DNA from: an uncultured bacterium
GTDB lineage: Bacteria; Omnitrophota; Gorgyraeia; Kaelpiales; Kaelpiaceae
Assembly: GCA_965541635.1 (NCBI GenBank)
Contig: CBEUCN010000001.1
Coordinates: 13,526 to 77,525, forward strand
DNA: 64,000 nt
Reading direction: 5' to 3'
Shown: piece by piece, positions 21,359-30,576 of the stretch
How positions within the stretch are numbered: position 1 is the first letter of the stretch
Layout of the letters: each line of letters starts with the position of its first letter
Made by a program: the position numbers and the translations under genes
Notes under the pieces: model-generated
Databases searched by the model: none
What the model was told of the DNA's origin: nothing
Seen by the model: only the letters and a program-made list of their open reading frames with translations

Positions 21359-22471
21359 TCAGGTAGTGAGATGGTGCTTTTCCAGTTCGCGATAGGCTTT
21401 ATCTGTCAAATCTATTGCTTTCTCAGTCTCAGCCCAAGAAATCAGATGGCGCATTCCTTCTCCAAACTTAATTCTGGGTTCAAACCCCAAAACATTTCTT
21501 ATCTTTGAAATATCTGCATAGCAATGTCTAATATCGCCAATGCGATAACGACTAAGGACATTCACTCCTACATCACTTCCAAGCAAAGAAATGATAGTAT
21601 AGGCAATCTCTATTATCCTGGTTGGTTTTCCACTCCCGACATTAAAAATTTCATAATCAGCCTGAGAGTTTTCCATAGCCAGAATATTGGCAGTTATCAA
21701 ATCATCTATATAGATAAAATCTCTACTCTGTTTCCCATCTTCAAACACTAGAGGTGGCTTATTGTTTTTTACTCGCGATAGAAAAATTGCTGCTACTCCA
21801 GTATAAGGATTGGAAAGCGACTGCCTAGGTCCATAGACATTAAAATAGCGCAAAGCAACCGTGGGTATTTTGTATGCTTTTCCTACAATAAGGCACATCT
21901 CTTCCTGAACCCGTTTATTGGAAGCATATATCGATGATGGATATAATGGTTTATTTTCAGGAGTGGGAATGGGTTTAATTTTTTTATTACAGTTGGGGCA
22001 ATACAGTTCCCAATCTTTCCTTTTCAATTGTTTTTGTTCCCTTTTCTGGGGATAGACGACCCCACAGTTCTTACACTTATATGCTCCCTCTCCATATATT
22101 GACATGCTGGAAGCTACAATTAATTTCTTAACTTTATTTCTAGTATTAACCAATACATCCAGAAGTACTGCAGTCCCTGTTAGGTTATGGGAGGTATATT
22201 TTTCTATCTGGTACATTGATTGCCCCACTCCCACCTGAGAAGCAAGATGAAAAATTACTTCTACACCACGTATTGCTTTCTTAAGACTATCTTTGTCTCT
22301 GATATCCGCAAAAATATATTCTGCATTTTTATTTAGATATTGAGGTTTTTTCCCATGATGAACCTGGTACTCTAATAAATCATAGACTTTAACTTTATAA
22401 CCATCATTAACCAGTCTATCTACTAAATGAGAGCCAATAAAACCACATCCTCCAGTTACAAGTACTTTCAT
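21359..22471 (-). CDS. NAD-dependent nucleotide-sugar epimerase/dehydratase with CxxC..CxxC insert
   Basis: TGGCGFIGSH, ASSMSIYGEG, YASNK, LRYFNVYGPRQ. Confidence 0.9.
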   Translation of the reverse strand: MKVLVTGGCGFIGSHLVDRLVNDGYKVKVYDLLEYQVHHGKKPQYLNKNAEYIFADIRDKDSLKKAIRGVEVIFHLASQVGVGQSMYQIEKYTSHNLTGTAVLLDVLVNTRNKVKKLIVASSMSIYGEGAYKCKNCGVVYPQKREQKQLKRKDWELYCPNCNKKIKPIPTPENKPLYPSSIYASNKRVQEEMCLIVGKAYKIPTVALRYFNVYGPRQSLSNPYTGVAAIFLSRVKNNKPPLVFEDGKQSRDFIYIDDLITANILAMENSQADYEIFNVGSGKPTRIIEIAYTIISLLGSDVGVNVLSRYRIGDIRHCYADISKIRNVLGFEPRIKFGEGMRHLISWAETEKAIDLTDKAYRELEKHHLTT

Positions 22472-22537
22472 AATTGGAAAATAATTTTTTATAAAATAAT
22501 AAAATCAACTCTGGTAATTATCAATAAAATTTCTGTC

Positions 22538-23539
22538 CTAAATGTGAAACTCAATTATATCTTTATCCTGAAGAATATAATCACGAGGAACTCTCTGACC
22601 ATCAAATTTTGCGGACCCCCATATGCGAGCATACTTTAGTTTCCGAGAGAAATCCTTATGGAGTTTTTCAGCAGCATCAATAACTCTTGCTCCTTGAGGT
22701 AAAATTAAAGGATCATTTAAATCCGCAGGCTGTCCTGGTTGTTTGGTATAAACTCTGATTATTCCCAGATTTTCAAATATGTATTTTTTAAATTCATTTA
22801 AATTTCTTCCCTGCTGGATAGATACTAAAATTAATGTCCAGGCTTGACCAAGTTTATTTTTTAAAACTTCACATCTCTGCTCCCCACCTGGGGTATCAAT
22901 CTTGTTCCCACATATAATAGTCTTTTTAAGCACCGGACCTTCCAGTTCTTCATGTTCATCTTCTTTCTGTAGGATGTCACTTTTAAGGTAGATGTTTTGG
23001 GATTGTAAATAATTTTTAATATTTACAAACTCATCCCAGAAATTATCATGAGATAAATCCACAATAAAAACAACCAGATCCGAACTTCTAACAATTTCTC
23101 TTTGCCACCAAGGGACTTCTTCATTAGCAAATGGAGGCAAATCTATTATCTGAATTTGAACATCCTCATAAGGCATCATACCTATGTTGGGCTGAGTGGT
23201 GGTAAAAGGATAATCTGCTATTTCCGGTTGAGCATTGGTTATCATTTTAAGTAACGAAGATTTTCCGCAATTAGGAGGACCAATCAAAACCACCCGGCCT
23301 GCTCCTTCCTTTTTAGGAAGAATAAATCCCACGCCTCTTCTTTTCTGCTTCTGAATTTGTAGTTCTTCTTTTAACTGGGCAATTTTTCTCTTTATATCTG
23401 CCTGAAGTTTATCAGTCCCTTTGTGTTTGGGCATTACTGCATACATTTCTTTAAGAGCAGAAATCTTTTCTTCCAGAGTTTTAGACTCTCTATACTTCTG
23501 ATAAGCGGCGTGATATTGTGGTGGCAAATTCGCAGGCAT
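22538..23539 (-). CDS. DRG/OBG-family GTPase with C-terminal TGS domain
   Basis: [61 protein letters not shown]. Confidence 0.9.
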   Translation of the reverse strand: MPANLPPQYHAAYQKYRESKTLEEKISALKEMYAVMPKHKGTDKLQADIKRKIAQLKEELQIQKQKRRGVGFILPKKEGAGRVVLIGPPNCGKSSLLKMITNAQPEIADYPFTTTQPNIGMMPYEDVQIQIIDLPPFANEEVPWWQREIVRSSDLVVFIVDLSHDNFWDEFVNIKNYLQSQNIYLKSDILQKEDEHEELEGPVLKKTIICGNKIDTPGGEQRCEVLKNKLGQAWTLILVSIQQGRNLNEFKKYIFENLGIIRVYTKQPGQPADLNDPLILPQGARVIDAAEKLHKDFSRKLKYARIWGSAKFDGQRVPRDYILQDKDIIEFHI

Positions 23540-23545
23540 ATTTAA

Positions 23546-23574
23546 ATTATAAATTCAGATCGTTTAAAAAACAA
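23546..23574 (-). promoter_or_regulatory. Sigma70-type promoter, probably giving a leaderless mRNA for the DRG-type GTPase
   Basis: TTGTTT-17 nt-TATAAT-6 nt-ATG; no SD. Confidence 0.6.
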
Positions 23575-23642
23575 GTATTGTAACATCCTGACTATCAATC
23601 ACAACCATCTTCCACCGCGTAGGTGGACAGGAGGTCCGTTGG

Positions 23643-23864
23643 TTAAATAAGAAGAACCAGAAAAGAAACAACAATAATTGCAACTAATATTATCATCCAC
23701 TTAGGGAAAGATGACTTAGCAATTTTATTACCGCAATAATAGCATAATAAAGCATCATAGGGTATGAGATTTTTACAATGAGGGCACTCCACCATGTGAT
23801 TGAAATCCAGATTTTCTGGTTCTTCAGTTACTTCCTGATAGTCAAAATAATCCTCAACCATCAT
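23643..23864 (-). CDS. Small zinc-ribbon protein with C-terminal membrane anchor
   Basis: CPHC..CYYCG followed by a hydrophobic tail; ATGA overlap with upstream gene. Confidence 0.75.
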   Translation of the reverse strand: MMVEDYFDYQEVTEEPENLDFNHMVECPHCKNLIPYDALLCYYCGNKIAKSSFPKWMIILVAIIVVSFLVLLI

Positions 23865-24337
23865 TCTGTTAATAATTCAAACACCTTATTCACAGCTTCT
23901 TCAGGGGTAGAGACATAAATTACATTTTTATCTTGTTCTCCATCGTAAACAAGTTCCCATGATTTTAATGCAACTATTGGCTTTTTGTACAGAAGAGCAA
24001 ATGCAATTTCAGTGAGAGTTCCATAGGCTCCATCAATAGCTATTATCACATCACTGTTTAATACTACTAATAAATTCCTTGCTTCTCCTAACCCAGTGAC
24101 TATTGGAATATCAATATATGGATTGGCATCATAAACACTTCTGGTAGGAAGGATACCTATGGTTTTACCTCCTGCTCGTTTTGCTCCCTTACATACTGCC
24201 TCCATTACTCCCCCCATTCCCCCACATACAATTATTCCTCCCCGAGAAGCGACAAGGTTCCCCACTATTTCTGCTATATTTAAAATTGATTTATCAGCGA
24301 TACTTCCTCCAATTACTCCTATACGAGGATTTATCAT
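23861..24337 (-). CDS. TIGR00725/LOG-like Rossmann-fold nucleotide-binding protein
   Basis: CGGMGGVMEAVCKGA, TIGILP, TGLGEARN, GAYGTLTEIAFA. Confidence 0.9.
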   Translation of the reverse strand: MINPRIGVIGGSIADKSILNIAEIVGNLVASRGGIIVCGGMGGVMEAVCKGAKRAGGKTIGILPTRSVYDANPYIDIPIVTGLGEARNLLVVLNSDVIIAIDGAYGTLTEIAFALLYKKPIVALKSWELVYDGEQDKNVIYVSTPEEAVNKVFELLTE

Positions 24338-25240
24338 TTATTTATATCCTAACCGATTTAAAGCCATACTATCTCTTCTCCATTTTTCATACACCTTTAC
24401 CCAAAGGTCAAGAAAAACCCTTCTCCCTAAAAATCTTTCTATTTCCATTCGGGCTTTGGTTCCTATTTTTTTAAGCATTTTTCCATCATGACCTATAATT
24501 ATTTTCTTTTGACTGGGGCGCTCCACATATATTATGGCTTTAATATAAATTAGATTTTTTTCTTCCCTTTCTTTAAACTCATCCACTACTACTGCCACTG
24601 AATGAGGAATCTCTTCATAAGTATTTTCCAGAATTTTTTCTCTTATTAACTCTGCGACATGAAATTTTTGCGGTTTATCACTTAATTGATCCTGAGGATA
24701 TAACGGAGGTGATTGAGGAAGAAATTCTACAATTTTTTGAAGCAAAAGGTCCGTATTTTCTCCCTCGAGAGCACTTATGGGAATATACTCATCAAACTCA
24801 GCAATCTTCCTGACCTCATCTAGAATGGGAAGTAATTCTGGTTTGTTTATAGCATCTATTTTGTTCACCACCAAGGTCTTCTTCTTTTCATACTCACTTA
24901 CCAACTCCAAAAGATGTCTATCTTCAGGTTCTATGCCAGTGGTGGCATCAAGCATAACTAAAATTACATCTGCATCTTCCAGCGATGATTCTGCCTCTCT
25001 CACCATATATTTTCCTAAAAGATGTTTGGGCTCATGAATCCCAGGAGTATCTACAAATATTATCTGATAATTATCCTGATTTAAAATGGCAAGAATTCTG
25101 TTCCTGGTAGTCTGAGGTTTAGGGGAAATAATAGAAATTTTTTCTCCCAGATACCTGTTTATAAGCGTAGATTTACCCACATTGGGTTTACCCACAACGG
25201 CTACTAACCCCGCCTTGAAATTATCGAATCTTTGCTCCAT
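24338..25240 (-). CDS. era: GTPase Era
   Basis: GKPNVGKSTL, PQTTR, DTPG, NKID, EEIPHSVAV, KH domain. Confidence 0.98.
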   Translation of the reverse strand: MEQRFDNFKAGLVAVVGKPNVGKSTLINRYLGEKISIISPKPQTTRNRILAILNQDNYQIIFVDTPGIHEPKHLLGKYMVREAESSLEDADVILVMLDATTGIEPEDRHLLELVSEYEKKKTLVVNKIDAINKPELLPILDEVRKIAEFDEYIPISALEGENTDLLLQKIVEFLPQSPPLYPQDQLSDKPQKFHVAELIREKILENTYEEIPHSVAVVVDEFKEREEKNLIYIKAIIYVERPSQKKIIIGHDGKMLKKIGTKARMEIERFLGRRVFLDLWVKVYEKWRRDSMALNRLGYK

Positions 25241-25541
25241 TTTCTACTCTTCTATCCGGAATCAAAAGAGATACTCCCTGAGAATCCTGAGCAGCAAGAA
25301 GCATACCTTCACTTTTCACTCCTCTAATTATTGCTGGTTGTAGATTTTTTATAACCACAATCTGCCTTCCTTTCAGTTCCTCTTTAGAATAGTAAGACTT
25401 AATACCTGCCACTAGTTCTCTCTCTTCATTTCCCAATGTTACTTTCAATACATACAGCTTATCAGCATTGGGATGGTCATTTACTTCTGTAATTTCACCA
25501 ATAACTAACTCCATCTTCTGAAAATCATCAAAACTTATCAT
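25221..25541 (-). CDS. Stand-alone tRNA-binding OB-fold protein (MetRS C-terminal/Trbp111-like)
   Basis: ISFDDFQKM, HPNADKLY, NLQPAIIRGVKSEGMLLAA. Confidence 0.9.
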   Translation of the reverse strand: MISFDDFQKMELVIGEITEVNDHPNADKLYVLKVTLGNEERELVAGIKSYYSKEELKGRQIVVIKNLQPAIIRGVKSEGMLLAAQDSQGVSLLIPDRRVENGAKIR

Positions 25542-26056
25542 CTGTTCCTCCTTTCTTTAATTAAACTTCTCACATCTTCTTCACTCCAAATCATAATTCC
25601 ATTTTCTTTTAATAATGCTGCAGTAACTCCGTCACCCGGTTTTAATCTGCCTCTGAAACTGCCATCATAAATCCAATCCTTTCCACATGATGGACTGCGG
25701 GCTTTAAGTACAGCATAGTTTATTTTATTTTCTTTGACAATTTTCAAAACTTTATTTGCTCCTGTTATAAAAAAACTTGTTACATCCTCACCCTTTTCAT
25801 TGATAACAATGGCATCTCCTGCAAGCACTGCTTTACCATCACCGTTTTTAATCTCGCTCCGAAAACGAGGAGAACTAAGTCCACCTAACATTTCAGGGCA
25901 GACATCTATTATTTTTCTGCCAGAAATAAATTCTAAAACCCATCTATTTTTTCTATGATTACCATCATAAGCACATTTTTTACCGATAAGACAGGAACTA
26001 ACCAGAATTTTATCACCGCTGTTGGGGAGGGAGACAAGTTTTATGTTTTTTGACAT
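25538..26056 (-). CDS. DUF523 family protein (2-thiouracil desulfurase-like)
   Basis: LVSSCLIG..C.YDG, VCPEMLGGL..PR, LKARSPSCG, GDGVTAALL. Confidence 0.9.
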   Translation of the reverse strand: MSKNIKLVSLPNSGDKILVSSCLIGKKCAYDGNHRKNRWVLEFISGRKIIDVCPEMLGGLSSPRFRSEIKNGDGKAVLAGDAIVINEKGEDVTSFFITGANKVLKIVKENKINYAVLKARSPSCGKDWIYDGSFRGRLKPGDGVTAALLKENGIMIWSEEDVRSLIKERRNR

Positions 26057-26378
26057 ACTCGGCTATTTTGGCTCGATCACTTCTCTTCATTCTGTTAAAA
26101 AAAATTGCTACACGATAATGATTAAGACGCGTCTGGGGATGCTCTGGTTCTACTCTCACAACTATTCCCTCACACTCTATTTTGCGGCTTCTTTTTCCTT
26201 GAGGAAGAAGCATCAAAATCTTTAACCTCGTCATTACCGGTATGTAATCATCTACTTCACAATATAGACCTCCACAACTTAAATTTATACTCTGAGTGAT
26301 AAAGTCTGCCTCCTCTCCAAATAATTTGATTGGGAGTTGAGCAGAAATACGGAAATATTTCCTTCTTTCTTCCACCAT
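26013..26378 (-). CDS. Single-domain PilZ protein (c-di-GMP receptor)
   Basis: RRKYFR (RxxxR) and NLSCGG ([D/N]xSxxG). Confidence 0.88.
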   Translation of the reverse strand: MVEERRKYFRISAQLPIKLFGEEADFITQSINLSCGGLYCEVDDYIPVMTRLKILMLLPQGKRSRKIECEGIVVRVEPEHPQTRLNHYRVAIFFNRMKRSDRAKIAEYVKKHKTCLPPQQR

Positions 26379-26452
26379 GGGATTTATTTTAAAACATTCT
26401 CTTTAATTTTTCACCTCAATTTTTCTTTACTCCTGTAACTCATAACTACCTT

Positions 26453-26525
26453 CGCCCCCTGGGAGAATCGAACTCCCATCCCAGGCTCCGGAGGCCCGTG
26501 CTTTATCCCATTAAGCTAAGGGGGC
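26453..26525 (-). tRNA. tRNA-Arg(CCG), CCA not encoded
   Basis: GCCCCCT acceptor stem, D-arm GCTT/AAGC, anticodon loop CTCCGGA, T-arm GGGAG-TTCGATT-CTCCC; 73 nt. Confidence 0.96.
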
Positions 26526-26533
26526 TATCATTA

Positions 26534-27004
26534 CTATTTTAACCGCATGATTATTTCCAGTAAACTCTTTCTTCTGGCTTTGGGGATTTGCACCTCGACT
26601 ATACTATTCTGATAGAAACCGCACCCCACTACATTACCATCATAATTTAAAGCTACATATCCAGGAGTCAATTCCTGATTATAGATTATTCTGCCCCGCA
26701 ATAAAATCTCTTTAAGATCACCGAGGTTTAAATTCACAATATTTCTGGTTATTCTGTGGCCAAGATAAATCAATCCCCAGGAAGTTGGTTTTAAACTTTT
26801 TCCTAACTTCCGAACAAACGGGAATCCCAAACTGGAAATCTTATCCTCAAATGCCACATCAAGATTTAAAATAACAGGATTTATAATCCATCCCTTATCT
26901 TTTCTAAAGAATATAGTGTGTTCTATCCAGAAAGATTCCGGAATACCAAACCTCCTTAAGAAATAGTCTTTAACCTCCTCAAGATAATTTTCTGAGTTTT
27001 GCAA
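26534..27004 (-). CDS. Hypothetical protein, probable PUA/NIP7-like partner of the RNA methyltransferase
   Basis: YF..RFGIP, LKPTSWGL..LG..ITRNIVNL, GYVALNYDG.VVGCG, QIPK; overlaps methyltransferase 3' end. Confidence 0.6.
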   Translation of the reverse strand: MQNSENYLEEVKDYFLRRFGIPESFWIEHTIFFRKDKGWIINPVILNLDVAFEDKISSLGFPFVRKLGKSLKPTSWGLIYLGHRITRNIVNLNLGDLKEILLRGRIIYNQELTPGYVALNYDGNVVGCGFYQNSIVEVQIPKARRKSLLEIIMRLK

Positions 27005-27869
27005 TATAGACTCCTCCGGAATTTAAGTGATGAGGATATATCCGCACAGTATTGACGAGATCAGAATGAAGATTTTTGTTCTGCCACTTAGTTATTCCGG
27101 GAGCATGAGGTATACTAAGATCTATTTTTTCTATTTTTACATTTCGCCTGTTTATAACATAGTCTATTACCATCTCATTCTCTTCTGGCGCCAAGGTACA
27201 AGTAGAATAAACCAAAATCCCTCCTGGCTGTAATATATCTATCGCCCTCTGAATAAGTCCCTTCTGAATCCCTGAAATGTTGCGGATAAATCCTGGTTCT
27301 GCTCCTTTCAGTCTTCTGGGATCTTTACGCATATTTCCTTCTCCGGAACAGGGAGCATCAAGTAATATTTTGTCAAATTTAACCTTGTTTGGGAAAAATA
27401 ATCCATTGTAATTGGTAACTACAGCAGAGGTAACACCCATTCTATAAATATTGGAAAGTAATGCCCGCATTCGTTGAAAACCAATATCATTTGCCCATAT
27501 TACTGCCTTGTTTCTGGATAACTGAGCAATAAAAGTGGTCTTACCACCAGGAGCAGCACAGAGATCAAGGATTTTTTCTTCAGGCTGGGGATCTAAAACC
27601 AAAACAGGAATAAATGAACTTGCCTCCTGAATATAATAATACCCAAGCCAATGCTCCACAGTTTTAGAAATATCATGATTAGATACTATTTCATAGCCAT
27701 AATCACAAAAATCAAACCTGTGAAACTTCCATCCCTGTTTGGTAAATATTTCTTCCAAGTGGTGAGGAGAAATTTTTATACTATTAACCCGTAGAGTCTT
27801 AGGAAGCGGTTGATAACAGAAACGAAGAAATTCTTCCCACTCAGGAATTATTTCCCGATATCGCTCCAT
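26979..27869 (-). CDS. RsmB/NOP2/RsmF-family RNA m5C methyltransferase (catalytic domain only)
   Basis: YYIQEASS, LDLCAAPGGKT, LLDAPCSGEG, VYSTCT..PEENE. Confidence 0.93.
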   Translation of the reverse strand: MERYREIIPEWEEFLRFCYQPLPKTLRVNSIKISPHHLEEIFTKQGWKFHRFDFCDYGYEIVSNHDISKTVEHWLGYYYIQEASSFIPVLVLDPQPEEKILDLCAAPGGKTTFIAQLSRNKAVIWANDIGFQRMRALLSNIYRMGVTSAVVTNYNGLFFPNKVKFDKILLDAPCSGEGNMRKDPRRLKGAEPGFIRNISGIQKGLIQRAIDILQPGGILVYSTCTLAPEENEMVIDYVINRRNVKIEKIDLSIPHAPGITKWQNKNLHSDLVNTVRIYPHHLNSGGVYIAKLRKLS

Positions 27870-27874
27870 TAAGA

Positions 27875-28507
27875 TTATTCACTAACAGGAAGAGTAATTA
27901 ATTCTATTTCTGAAGGCAGGTTGGATTTAAAGATTTTAAGATCCTGCTCAGACCCTACAATTTTACCATAATGCATGGGAATTACCTTAGTAGCTTTCAT
28001 AATTCTGGCTGCCTGAGATGCTTCTTTTGCATTCATGGTATAGGTACCACCGATTGGCAATAGTGCTATATCTGGCTGTAATCCTTCCATCTCAGGGATT
28101 AAATCAGTATCTCCAAGATGATAAATTTTACTGTCTCCCAGATAAATAATATATCCTACCCAGTTATTGGATCGGGGATGAAATTGTTTATTTATATTAT
28201 ATGCTGGAACTGCCTGGAATTTAATCCCCAAAACTTCGTTTTCTTCTCCCGGCTTAACACATATATATTCACAATCAGACGGGATTTTATCTCTAATATC
28301 CTCAGGGCCTACAACATAAGTTCCTTTCTTTGATATTTTTTCTATATCCTGAAGGGAGAAATGGTCAAAATGAGAATGGGTTACAAATATAATATCTGCA
28401 GGTTTAGGATTTTTAATCTCCCAGGGATCGATATATATTACCTTATCATCGAATGTAATCCTGAAACTGGCATGTCCCAACCATTCAATATTGCCAGAAG
28501 CCAACAT
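27875..28507 (-). CDS. Metallo-beta-lactamase-fold hydrolase
   Basis: WLGHASF, THSHFDH, YHLGDT, LPIGG.YTM, IPMHYG. Confidence 0.92.
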   Translation of the reverse strand: MLASGNIEWLGHASFRITFDDKVIYIDPWEIKNPKPADIIFVTHSHFDHFSLQDIEKISKKGTYVVGPEDIRDKIPSDCEYICVKPGEENEVLGIKFQAVPAYNINKQFHPRSNNWVGYIIYLGDSKIYHLGDTDLIPEMEGLQPDIALLPIGGTYTMNAKEASQAARIMKATKVIPMHYGKIVGSEQDLKIFKSNLPSEIELITLPVSE

Positions 28508-28510
28508 TAT

Positions 28511-28675
28511 TCATCCCTCCTTCTTTGCTTCCTGTTTCTGCTTAGCATCAAAAGCCTGCCAGCATCTCTTATTACAGAAATAGTTACCATTGCGATAATA
28601 CCACTTTTTCTTACTCAACTTCTTATTGCAATTTTTACAATTAGTTGGTTTTTTTCCCTCTTTTGGTTTAGCCAT
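28511..28675 (-). CDS. Small basic Cys4 (treble-clef/TRASH-like) protein, 54 aa
   Basis: Not in ORF track. MAKPKEGKKPTNCKNCNKKLSKKKWYYRNGNYFCNKRCWQAFDAKQKQEAKKEG; GGAGG SD; fills the gap between neighbours exactly. Confidence 0.85.
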   Translation of the reverse strand: MAKPKEGKKPTNCKNCNKKLSKKKWYYRNGNYFCNKRCWQAFDAKQKQEAKKEG

Positions 28676-29630
28676 TTTCTCCTCCCCATTCTTGCTGTTG
28701 CTCTTCCGCTCTCACTTTGACTTCAGAAAGGATATCCTGTGCCTCGTCAATTAATCTTCCAGTTCTTAAAATTATGTATTTGGGCTGATCATTTTTATTA
28801 TAAGAAATCAATTTTACACTTACAGAAATCTTGGAAGTTTGAGGTCCTTGAGGTTTAACCTCAAAATTATAAACAACTCTTCTTTCCTGAAGCGCCCGAA
28901 AATCAGCAAATAACTGGTCTCCAATTCCCATCGGTGCCAGTTTGAACCCTGTAAGTGTTCCCTGCAAACGATTGGACTGAGTAACTATAATTTTATGTTC
29001 ATCCAGAACATCACGAAGTTTGTAAAATGTTATATCCTTGTCAGCATACACATCTATATTCATTTCGGGACCTTCTAGTTTAGAAACCGTTATAATCTCT
29101 TCTAAACTTCGAGGAGGGGCTTTTACTCCTGAAACTTCCTCTCCTTCCTCTCGAAACATTTTTCTAAAAGGCTGGGTCAATTTAGCCCACCATCCTCTCC
29201 TTTTTTTAACGGAAGAAGGAGTTTTCTCCTTTCTGGGGACCTCTCTACCAGATACCGCTGACGGCTGAGGAGTAATTTTTGCAGATGGAGTAAAAGGATA
29301 GATAGTAATTACATCTCCTTCTTTAAGTGAGACTCCCTCCATCAGTTCTAAAATATCACAGGCAGAAATATTATCTTTAACTTTTACCACTTCAATTTTA
29401 CCTATCTCAGCCCCATTTTTAACTATTGCAAAGTCCATTCCAGCAGTTAAGCCATGAATCTTCCCCTGATCTATAACTATAAAATTATATTGTTTATTAT
29501 ATTTTATAATTTTAACTGCCTGGACTTCTTGAGCATAGGGAATTAAACAAATACTCCCTACTATTATTAAACACCAAATTGTTCCTTTAACAAACCTCTT
29601 ATACACAAGATTTATTCTATCATTATGCAT
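28668..29630 (-). CDS. Hypothetical exported two-domain protein
   Basis: N-terminal hydrophobic segment, beta-rich domain (IDQGKIHGLTAGMDF), P/S-rich linker, C-terminal alpha/beta domain. Confidence 0.6.
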   Translation of the reverse strand: MHNDRINLVYKRFVKGTIWCLIIVGSICLIPYAQEVQAVKIIKYNKQYNFIVIDQGKIHGLTAGMDFAIVKNGAEIGKIEVVKVKDNISACDILELMEGVSLKEGDVITIYPFTPSAKITPQPSAVSGREVPRKEKTPSSVKKRRGWWAKLTQPFRKMFREEGEEVSGVKAPPRSLEEIITVSKLEGPEMNIDVYADKDITFYKLRDVLDEHKIIVTQSNRLQGTLTGFKLAPMGIGDQLFADFRALQERRVVYNFEVKPQGPQTSKISVSVKLISYNKNDQPKYIILRTGRLIDEAQDILSEVKVRAEEQQQEWGGENG

Positions 29631-29637
29631 TCTATTT

Positions 29638-30576
29638 TCAAGTTCCTAATTTAATACCAGGTGCAATTTTATATCCCGAAAGAAACTCTTTTACTGTCAT
29701 CCGTCTACGAGATTCCAACTGCAATTCCTTAATTGCTAAAGTATTCTTCCCACAAGCAACTTTAAACTCATCACGACCAACTTCTACTATCTCTCCTGGC
29801 TCACCTTTGCAATTAACCTCTACTACCTCTGCCCAGAATATTTTTAAAAGTTTATCCTCAAGATAAGTATAGGCTCCTGGCCAGGGTTGAGCTCCCCTGA
29901 TAAGATTATAAATCTCAAAAGCAGTCTTCTCCCAGTTTATTAAACCGTCTTCTTTTTTAAGCCTGGGAGCATAACTAGGAATCCCTGTTTGGGACTGAAG
30001 ATGGTATTTATTTTCAGCAATCATATTTAATGTCTTAGGTAATAATTCTTTTCCTAAATCACTAAGTTTAGCCTCCAGAGTTATAGCAGTGTCAAAAGGA
30101 GATATTTCACATTTTGCCTGAGATATTATCTCTCCAGCATCCATTTTTTCATTCATTCTGAAAATTGTAACTCCAGTAATCTTCTCCCCATTTATAATAG
30201 CCCAGTTTATCGGTGCTGCTCCCCGATATTTAGGTAAAAGTGAAGCATGAATGTTAATTGCAAATATTTCTGGTATTTTAAGAAGATCTTCTTTAAAAAT
30301 CTGTCCATAGGCGGCAGTAACAAATAGACTAGGATTAAACCTTTTTATAATCTGAATAAATTCAGAGGAGTTTACATTTTGAGGTTGAAAAACAGGCACA
30401 GTTATTTTGTTTGTAAGACAATAATCTTTAACCGCTGTAGATAACATCTTATATCCCCGTCCTCCTTTTCTGTCCGGCTGGGTAACAACTGCAACTAAAT
30501 CATAAATGTTTTGATTACAAAGAAAATCAAGAATGGGAATTGCAAATTTACCAGAACCAAAGAATATTATCCGCAT
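29638..30576 (-). CDS. fmt: Methionyl-tRNA formyltransferase
   Basis: VVTQPDR..GRG, AAYGQI, INIHASLLPKYRGAAPINWA, MDAG. Confidence 0.98.
   Translation of the reverse strand: MRIIFFGSGKFAIPILDFLCNQNIYDLVAVVTQPDRKGGRGYKMLSTAVKDYCLTNKITVPVFQPQNVNSSEFIQIIKRFNPSLFVTAAYGQIFKEDLLKIPEIFAINIHASLLPKYRGAAPINWAIINGEKITGVTIFRMNEKMDAGEIISQAKCEISPFDTAITLEAKLSDLGKELLPKTLNMIAENKYHLQSQTGIPSYAPRLKKEDGLINWEKTAFEIYNLIRGAQPWPGAYTYLEDKLLKIFWAEVVEVNCKGEPGEIVEVGRDEFKVACGKNTLAIKELQLESRRRMTVKEFLSGYKIAPGIKLGT

Noticed and set aside
26415-26533. tRNA-Arg as an integration site; short TAACT repeats beside it
   Set aside because: No integrase, no duplicated tRNA 3' end noticed and no compositional shift; the repeats are too short to support a call.
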